A DNA stretch of 64,000 nt from Pseudomonadota bacterium (GTDB taxonomy: Bacteria; Bdellovibrionota; Bdellovibrionia; Bdellovibrionales; Bdellovibrionaceae): NCBI GenBank assembly GCA_041178425.1, contig JBEGVH010000009.1:32001-96000 (forward strand), given 5' to 3'. Positions 57,792 to 64,000 of the stretch are shown here, piece by piece (position 1 is the stretch's first letter; every line of letters begins with the position of its first letter). The notes beneath the pieces are model-generated. The model had not been told where the DNA came from. It did no database searches and saw nothing but the letters and a program-made list of their open reading frames with translations. Position numbers and translations under genes: made by a program.

Positions 57792-57920
57792 GATTCCCCT
57801 TGTAGAGTGTTAGGAATTTCAATTTCTCAAAATTCCCTGGTAGCCAAAACATTTTGACCACGACATCAACCGCTTATTAATTTTCAAATTAACTTAGCCG
57901 ATGATGCTCGGAGACCTTTT
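57792..57920 (-). promoter_or_regulatory. Moco riboswitch (molybdenum cofactor RNA motif) in the moaA leader
   Basis: Minus strand: CTCCGAGC-ATCATCGG-CTAAG-TTAATTT GAAA ATTAA-TAAGCGG-TTGATG; stem GTGGTCAAAA/TTTTGGCTAC; CAGGG-AATTTTGA GAAA TTGAAATT-CCT; then SD AAGGGG. Same order of elements as the E. coli moaA leader. Confidence 0.75.
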
Positions 57921-58051
57921 TCTTAAAATAAACAACTGTTATAGTAGCCAGCAATAAAAGAGCTTCGCAAGATTTTTCTCCTGTCCTTTTTTGACTCAGT
58001 TTGCCGAGGGAATAAGCCTATAGAAAGGGCCACATCAAACATCTGAACTTG

Positions 58052-59098
58052 CTATTTTAGCGCCTCTCTGATGATGGCAGAAGCTTGATCCATCGCCCAT
58101 ACCACCAAAGCAATAACAAGCACAATGGTGCCGACCTCGTTCCACATGGCTTGCCCCTGGTACTTTAACAACATAGTACCAATGCCCCCACCTCCCACAA
58201 ATCCAATAATCGTAGCCATCCTCACGTTGGTGTCCCAGCGGTAAACAGTAAACGAAATAAACGGCAAAACCACTTGTGGAACAATCGCAAACCATATGGT
58301 TTGAAGATGACTCGCTCCCGTCGATAAAATGCCGTCGATCGGCTCCTCGCTCACCGATTCAACCATTTCAGAGTACTGTTTTGCCAAAGAGGCTACCGAA
58401 TGAATCATCAGCGCCAACATTCCCGCAAAAGGACCAATCCCCACCCAAACAGAAAAGATTATAGCCCAGATCAGAGCCTCAACCGACCGAATGAAGTTAA
58501 GCAAGGTTCTCAAAATAAAATAAATTGAGCGGGCCACCGGATGCCGCATAATATTTTTGGCACATAAAAAACTCAATACGAAGGCCAATGGAATCGCAAA
58601 TATCGTAGCAACAAAAGCCATAAAAATCGTCACTAATACGTTGTAAATAGCTTGTGGTAATAATCTCCAGTTCGGTTGAAAGAGCGCCACGAAAAGATTG
58701 AAAGCTCCTTTCAACCCTCTTTCATCGAAAATTTCCCATAAGGTGGCTTTTGTGACAATAAGACCAACACCTGCTGCAACCACCAGGGTGACCACAGACT
58801 GGATTCCCCAAAACGACCGCCAAAACGGAAGAGGGCCTGATTGAGCAGAAGAGCTAGGCACTGCAAACAAAATTCGCCCAAGGGTGGAAATTTGTTTTCC
58901 TTCAAACAAAACACCAACTCCAAAACCAACGAGGGTCAAAAAAAGACCCGACCAACTTATCAGCGACACATAGGTCATAAAGAATTCCTCATCGGTGCCC
59001 CCAAGACCCAAAAAAATCGCCAACCCCAAGAAGGAGAGATTAAGAGCATCAAAAAGTAAAATTTGGTAATTTCTTTCCCACATAAAAACTCCCAACAA
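58052..59098 (-). CDS. phnE: Phosphonate/phosphite ABC permease
   Basis: VGIGPFAGMLAL.IHS, AIVPQV, YRWDTNVR.ATIIGFVGGGGIG. Confidence 0.88.
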   Translation of the reverse strand: MLGVFMWERNYQILLFDALNLSFLGLAIFLGLGGTDEEFFMTYVSLISWSGLFLTLVGFGVGVLFEGKQISTLGRILFAVPSSSAQSGPLPFWRSFWGIQSVVTLVVAAGVGLIVTKATLWEIFDERGLKGAFNLFVALFQPNWRLLPQAIYNVLVTIFMAFVATIFAIPLAFVLSFLCAKNIMRHPVARSIYFILRTLLNFIRSVEALIWAIIFSVWVGIGPFAGMLALMIHSVASLAKQYSEMVESVSEEPIDGILSTGASHLQTIWFAIVPQVVLPFISFTVYRWDTNVRMATIIGFVGGGGIGTMLLKYQGQAMWNEVGTIVLVIALVVWAMDQASAIIREALK

Positions 59099-59106
59099 GA
59101 AAACAG

Positions 59107-59886
59107 CTAGTGCACTTGAACATCTCTCGCCCCTTCACCGTAGATCTTCTCAAACCACTTTTCGTCGATGGCCTGTGGCAAACCATCATAGACGATCACG
59201 CCGTCTTTGAGAGCTATTACTCGATCGGCGTATTCCCGCACTAAACTCAAAAAATGTAGGTTACAGACAATCGTGATACCTAATTCTTTATTGATAAACT
59301 TGAGATGCTCCATCACCGTATGACAAGTGGCTGGGTCTAAGCTAGCCACGGGCTCGTCAGCCAAAATAATCTTTGGGTCTTGTGATAAAACGCGAGCAAT
59401 GGCAACCCTTTGCTGTTGCCCACCCGACAAGCTATCAACTCTTAAATAGGCTTTATCAGCAATACCCACCAACCTGAGATATTCATGAGCTTTCGACACT
59501 TCTCTTTTGTTAAAAAGGCCACACACGCTCCGAAAAAAAGACAAATAAGCCAATCGCCCCATGAGAACATTTTTAATCACCGTAAATCGAGGCACTAGAT
59601 TAAAATGCTGAAAGATCATCCCGATCTGACGGCGCAAATCTCTCACGGCAGGTCCTTTCAACGTCGTGACATCGGTGGTTCCGTTAAACACGATGACGCC
59701 GCTCGAGGGATCCAGTAGCCGATTCAAGCATTTTAAAAGAGTCGACTTCCCCGATCCCGATAAACCAATGACAACCAAAAACTCCCCCTCATAAACGTCA
59801 AAACTTAACCCCCTCAACGCTCTAACGCCATTTGGAAATATTTTTGTAAGATCTCGAACAGACAAAATCACTCTACTGCTTTTCAT
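59107..59886 (-). CDS. phnC: Phosphonate ABC ATPase
   Basis: GLSGSGKST, LSGGQQQRVAIAR, ADEPVASLDP, CNLH. Confidence 0.9.
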   Translation of the reverse strand: MKSSRVILSVRDLTKIFPNGVRALRGLSFDVYEGEFLVVIGLSGSGKSTLLKCLNRLLDPSSGVIVFNGTTDVTTLKGPAVRDLRRQIGMIFQHFNLVPRFTVIKNVLMGRLAYLSFFRSVCGLFNKREVSKAHEYLRLVGIADKAYLRVDSLSGGQQQRVAIARVLSQDPKIILADEPVASLDPATCHTVMEHLKFINKELGITIVCNLHFLSLVREYADRVIALKDGVIVYDGLPQAIDEKWFEKIYGEGARDVQVH

Positions 59887-59891
59887 GACGT

Positions 59892-60794
59892 TTACTTTTC
59901 CATAACTTGGGCAGAAATCTTACCCAACTCAAAAACTGATTGATAATCGCTATCTGAAGCTTCTCTCAAATCATCAACACCATAAATTATTTTAAAGGCC
60001 TCTCGACCCTCGCTGGTTTTTATATAATTTAAAAAAGCCTTTACAATGGTTTGCTTAAAGCCTTCGGGAAGGCTCGCTCTAAAAACTATTGGATCGTTGG
60101 GAATAGGTTCGGATAATGCAATAATACGAACCTTTTGTTCTACATCGGGATACTGAGTTAATACTAAACGACGGGCGTCTTCAATTTTGCCATTGAATGC
60201 AGGTGTGTGAAATGTTGCACCAGCATCCACTTGATCGTTATAAACCATCGAAACCACATTATCGTGCTTCATCGCAAAAACCACTTCTCCTGGCACGATG
60301 CCTCGATCTCGGAGCATTTTTAAAGGCAACAAGTAGCCCGACGCTGAGGAGGGATCAACAAAAGCGACTTTTTTTCCGCGAAGATCTTCAAGTGTTTTTA
60401 TTTTGCTCTCCGTTCGCGCCAAGAACTGAGATTGATAAGTGTTGCTTCCGTGCCTCAGCACCATGAGCCTCGCCTCTGCGCCGTACTTTGAATGAGCTTT
60501 AAAATATCCAAAAGAATTAAGAGCCGCTACATCTGCTCGATCGGTACCAAAAGCCTCAACCACGGCAATATAATTCTGAGGAATTGAAACCTCGAATTTA
60601 TAGCCCGTCTCATGCTCGAGAAACGCTTTAATTTTTTTTGAAGAATCCTCGATCACCTTAACATCAACAGAGGGCACAAAAAAAAGTTTGATGGGATTTT
60701 CACTGCTACCACTTTCGGCTCGTTTTTTTGTGCAACCATTCAAAGAAAAGACTATGGCGAAAACTATTATCGTTGTAAAAAATCGATCACCCAT
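59892..60794 (-). CDS. phnD: Phosphate/phosphite/phosphonate-binding lipoprotein
   Basis: Lipobox LNGC; AFVDPSSASGYLLP, HDNVV, IPNDP. Confidence 0.85.
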   Translation of the reverse strand: MGDRFFTTIIVFAIVFSLNGCTKKRAESGSSENPIKLFFVPSVDVKVIEDSSKKIKAFLEHETGYKFEVSIPQNYIAVVEAFGTDRADVAALNSFGYFKAHSKYGAEARLMVLRHGSNTYQSQFLARTESKIKTLEDLRGKKVAFVDPSSASGYLLPLKMLRDRGIVPGEVVFAMKHDNVVSMVYNDQVDAGATFHTPAFNGKIEDARRLVLTQYPDVEQKVRIIALSEPIPNDPIVFRASLPEGFKQTIVKAFLNYIKTSEGREAFKIIYGVDDLREASDSDYQSVFELGKISAQVMEK

Positions 60795-60901
60795 AGAGCC
60801 CCCTTAGAAATCGTTTTAACAAGGGGACTCGAGGACTCCAAGGCGCCGACAATTTTTGTCTCGAGCAGGGAGAGCTTTGCTGCGCCGAGCACAGAGGACG
60901 C

Positions 60902-61477
60902 TTAGGGGCACTTGTTTTGTAAAGTGGCCAATTTTTGTTCGACGCTCGGCCACGCCAGTAATAATGACGCCAAGATTAAAGAGTGAGTCAATTCGCCTCT
61001 CTGAATTTTTTCTCTCAACTCTTCGAGGCTCACTAAATCAATTTCCATGTCTTCAAACTCATCCCAATCAGGCTCAGAAACTCGCTCACAATTGGTAAAT
61101 ACGTAGGTGAAAAGTCGATTGCTTTGAAGTGCAGGATTAGGAAAGTGATCCATCGCAAAAATTGTCTCACCAGCGGAAAACCCAGTCTCCTCAAGGAGTT
61201 CGCGGCGCGCCGCCACTTCAGGATTTGCATCGGCGCGATCAATCGCTCCTCCTGGAATTTCAATTGTCACTATTTTTGCAGCGTGCCTATATTGACGCAC
61301 TAATATTATTTTTCCGTCTTTGGTAATCGCCACCACATTCACCCAATCTCGCACATCGAGGATGTAATAATTTGGCATTATGCGCCCATTTTCGACCTCA
61401 CAAACCTCTTTACGAAAATTGGCATAATTAGATTGAAAGAGCGTAAGCGACTCAAGTGTTTTCCATTTTTTCATCAT
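60902..61477 (-). CDS. Nudix hydrolase (ADP-ribose pyrophosphatase-like)
   Basis: LVRQYRH, EIPGG...AARRELLEETG Nudix box. Confidence 0.9.
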   Translation of the reverse strand: MMKKWKTLESLTLFQSNYANFRKEVCEVENGRIMPNYYILDVRDWVNVVAITKDGKIILVRQYRHAAKIVTIEIPGGAIDRADANPEVAARRELLEETGFSAGETIFAMDHFPNPALQSNRLFTYVFTNCERVSEPDWDEFEDMEIDLVSLEELREKIQRGELTHSLILASLLLAWPSVEQKLATLQNKCP

Positions 61478-61659
61478 TTCCCCTCTGAAAACTGAAAAGA
61501 TCTCTGAATTATAGACAATTGATTAAAATGATTCTATCTAGAATTTAACGAATCTTCAGTAAATAAGGATTGGACTCAAGACAGGTTTCTTTTGTACCAT
61601 AAAAGATAACGCTCAAAATCAGGACGAGCAGAAACATTTTTTTGAGGAATGTAGGACTT

Positions 61660-62880
61660 ATGAAAAAGAAATTTTTATTAGGACTACTCATCGCTTTTGT
61701 CGGCATTGTTACCTTCAAATCTCAGGCGCCGCAAGAGATGAGTCCCTTAATAGACTCTGAAAATATTGATGCAAACTCTGAGTTTCCGTACTCAGTAAAA
61801 AAGAATGCAACGCTTTCAACCGAACTTATGTCCCATGGCTTTACGGGTCAAGATGTTCAACAAATCCTTAAGCTTTCTAAACCCCATTTTAATCTTGCGA
61901 AACTCCCTCAGGGATTAAGATACCGCTTAATGTACTCTCCGAGCCCTATTCTTTCTTGGGGCTCTATCGAGTTTCAACTTTCAAAAACGAAAAGCTTATT
62001 GTTTACCTCTGTCGAAAAAAATGTGTGGTCGGTAAAACTAAATGAGAAAAAAGTAGAAGTCCGGCTCGTTCACTTTATGGGAAATGTTCGCAGTTCACTT
62101 TGGGAGTCTGCTCGTCTCGCCAAGATGAGCCCGGCTTTAATTGCACAACTCACTGATATTTTTAGTTGGGATCTTGATTTTTCACGTCAAGTCACCGAGG
62201 CGGATTCATGGCGCCTCACCGTGGAGCAACTCACCTCGAATGGTCGTGTGATTGGTTGGGGTCGTATCATTGCGGCCGATTACAATAACAATGGCAAAAG
62301 CTACCATGCCTTTTATTACGACAAGCCTGGCCGTCTAAGTGGTTATTTTGATCTACAGGGTCGATCATTGGCGAGAAGTTTTTTGCGAGCACCTATTGAG
62401 TTTGCGCGCATTTCTTCTGGATTTAGTTTGCGTCGGTTTCATCCAAAGTTAAAAATCTTTCGCCCCCACTTAGGCGTTGATTATGCCGCTCCACGAGGAA
62501 CACCTGTTCGTGCCCTAGGCGATGGAGTGATTGCTCAAGCCAATTACTCAGCCAGTGGTGGCAATACCGTCGCTCTTGTTCATAACAACGGAACATTCAA
62601 AACGCGCTATCTACACCTCAATGGCTTTGCCCCAAGGATCCGAACTGGAAGCCATGTAAAGCAAGGGCAAGTGATTGGCTATGTGGGATCGACAGGTCTT
62701 TCTACGGGCCCTCATTTGCATTTTGAGTTTTATAAAAACAATCGCTACGTCGACCCTTTAAGAGTTGAACTTCCTGCCAGCGAGAGCATTCCCAGCGACC
62801 TTCTCGCTGAATTCGAAGTGCAATCCGCGCTCAGATTGAATGATCTTCCCCCGTTCCCTCGAACCGTTGCTAGCAACTAG
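61660..62880 (+). CDS. M23 peptidoglycan endopeptidase (MepM/Csd3-like)
   Basis: HLGVDYAAP, YLHL, GSTGLSTGPHLHFE. Confidence 0.9.
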   Translation: MKKKFLLGLLIAFVGIVTFKSQAPQEMSPLIDSENIDANSEFPYSVKKNATLSTELMSHGFTGQDVQQILKLSKPHFNLAKLPQGLRYRLMYSPSPILSWGSIEFQLSKTKSLLFTSVEKNVWSVKLNEKKVEVRLVHFMGNVRSSLWESARLAKMSPALIAQLTDIFSWDLDFSRQVTEADSWRLTVEQLTSNGRVIGWGRIIAADYNNNGKSYHAFYYDKPGRLSGYFDLQGRSLARSFLRAPIEFARISSGFSLRRFHPKLKIFRPHLGVDYAAPRGTPVRALGDGVIAQANYSASGGNTVALVHNNGTFKTRYLHLNGFAPRIRTGSHVKQGQVIGYVGSTGLSTGPHLHFEFYKNNRYVDPLRVELPASESIPSDLLAEFEVQSALRLNDLPPFPRTVASN

Positions 62881-62885
62881 TCACC

Positions 62886-63650
62886 ATGCTTTTTGTTGTT
62901 TCTACCCCTATTGGCGACCTCAAAGATATTAGCCTTCGCGCCCTTGATGTGCTTGCGGAGGCAGACATTGTCATTGGTGAAGAACGTCGCGAGGCTTCAA
63001 CACTTCTGAAGCGACTTAAAATCATAGAAAAACCACTTTATCTTTTGAATGAGCACTCCACCGAGGAGGACCTAAGAGAATTGACAGAGCTTTGTAAACA
63101 AAAAAAAGTGGCCCTCATCTCTGATTGCGGAACACCTTCGTTTTACGATCCAGGTTTTCAACTGGTACATAAATGCAGGCAAAATCAAATTCCTGTCACA
63201 TCCGTGCCCGGAGCTTCAAGCTTAATGACCCTCTTGAGTTTGGTATCAGAAAAGATACCCCAATTTTATTTTGCAGGTTTTCTCTCTGCCGACAACGAAG
63301 CTCGCACACTCCAATTAAAATCCCTCGTCACCAAGCGAGAACCCGTTGTTTTAATGGACACCCCTTACCGGCTTCATAAGCTCCTGGCGGAACTAAAAGA
63401 CTTTTGTGCCCATCGCAAGGTGCTGTTAGGCCTTGATCTTACACAATCTACCGAGCTCACGCTCGAGGGGCGAGCCGAAGACCTTCTCGCGGTTCTTGCA
63501 TCACGCAACATTGAAAAAGCCGAATTTATTCTCCTACTTTATGCCAGTGACACAAAGACTTTCAATAATGAATCTCGTTCTTCTTTTTCTAAAAAGGCCG
63601 GGCCTTACCAAAAAACACTTAACAAAAATAAAAATTACCGACGCCGCTAA
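62886..63650 (+). CDS. rsmI: 16S rRNA C1402 2'-O-methyltransferase
   Basis: VSTPIGDLKDISLRA, LISDCGTP..DPG, PGASS, FAGFL, TPYRL. Confidence 0.85.
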   Translation: MLFVVSTPIGDLKDISLRALDVLAEADIVIGEERREASTLLKRLKIIEKPLYLLNEHSTEEDLRELTELCKQKKVALISDCGTPSFYDPGFQLVHKCRQNQIPVTSVPGASSLMTLLSLVSEKIPQFYFAGFLSADNEARTLQLKSLVTKREPVVLMDTPYRLHKLLAELKDFCAHRKVLLGLDLTQSTELTLEGRAEDLLAVLASRNIEKAEFILLLYASDTKTFNNESRSSFSKKAGPYQKTLNKNKNYRRR

Positions 63651-63742
63651 ACGAAAAGTTCAAACTACTTTGACAGACCCGATTGTATTCGGCCAAATAA
63701 AACTATTCAAAACCGTCGAACCTCAATTTAGGATTTTTTTTG

Positions 63743-64000
63743 GTGCAAAATCTACCCATCGACCAGTTTCTCTCCGAGATCTCTTCGAACCTTAAACAGG
63801 TCGATAATCTCGTGCTGATTGCTTCACCTGGAGCGGGTAAAACAACGAGAGTACCGCCAGAGCTGGTCAATCTCACTCCAAAAAAAATTCTTATGCTCCA
63901 ACCGCGGAGAATTGCCGCACGTGCCTCAGCCGAAAGAATTGCCAAAGAGAATCATTGGCGACTGGGCGAATACATTGGATACCGAGTTCGGTTTGAAGAT
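63743..64000 (+). CDS. hrpB: ATP-dependent helicase HrpB, N-terminal part (runs off window)
   Basis: Manual translation from GTG 63743: MQNLPID...ASPGAGKTTRVP...QPRRIAARASAERIA...GYRVRFED. Confidence 0.85.
   Translation, partial: MQNLPIDQFLSEISSNLKQVDNLVLIASPGAGKTTRVPPELVNLTPKKILMLQPRRIAARASAERIAKENHWRLGEYIGYRVRFED

Noticed and set aside
57854..57869. FNR-like box TTGAC-N6-ATCAA upstream of moaA
   Set aside because: Spacer is 6 rather than 4 nt and the sequence is explained by riboswitch stems
58052..60794. phnDCE as the molybdate importer of the island
   Set aside because: Motifs are PhnD/PhnC/PhnE-type rather than ModA/B/C, and a 260-bp spacer with its own riboswitch leader separates it from moaA
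63433..63945. ORF-track ORFs 63433-63795 (+) and 63703-63945 (-)
   Set aside because: They overlap rsmI and the hrpB start (63743 onward), which carry clear conserved motifs in other frames

Overview
Gene-dense bacterial chromosome segment that looks like a predatory Bdellovibrionota genome. This is inferred from a giant S74-chaperone fibre adhesin, a CdgA-like degenerate GGDEF protein and many orphan secreted proteins. Left part: glmU (partial), mpaA, a HAD hydrolase, a truncated sensor kinase, an FN3 lipoprotein, a 3080-aa fibre adhesin, a RAYT-type HUH transposase with a flanking hairpin, and a Cys-rich repeat lipoprotein. Middle: AlkB-like oxygenase, His/Cys-rich protein, M13 peptidase, a minus-strand pseudokinase-GGDEF-alr-mlaEFD run, nadB and orphan genes. 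Right: an ~18 kb molybdenum/sulfur island (39.6-57.9 kb). It holds a SorAB-type sulfite dehydrogenase, two rhodaneses, YeeE/YedE, a Tat-exported type II DMSO-reductase-family alpha-beta-gamma enzyme of unknown substrate, two small proteins ending in Gly-Cys-Leu, Mrp/ApbC, and a full Moco/MGD biosynthesis operon with a MOT1-type transporter under a Moco riboswitch. The window ends with phnDCE, a Nudix hydrolase, an M23 peptidase, rsmI and hrpB (partial). The best candidates for novelty are the Mo/sulfur-relay island and a 13-bp motif (AGCTCCGTCCCCA). The motif occurs six times inside coding sequence in different frames and resembles the end of the RAYT-flanking hairpin. All calls come from reading motifs by eye; no database searches were run.
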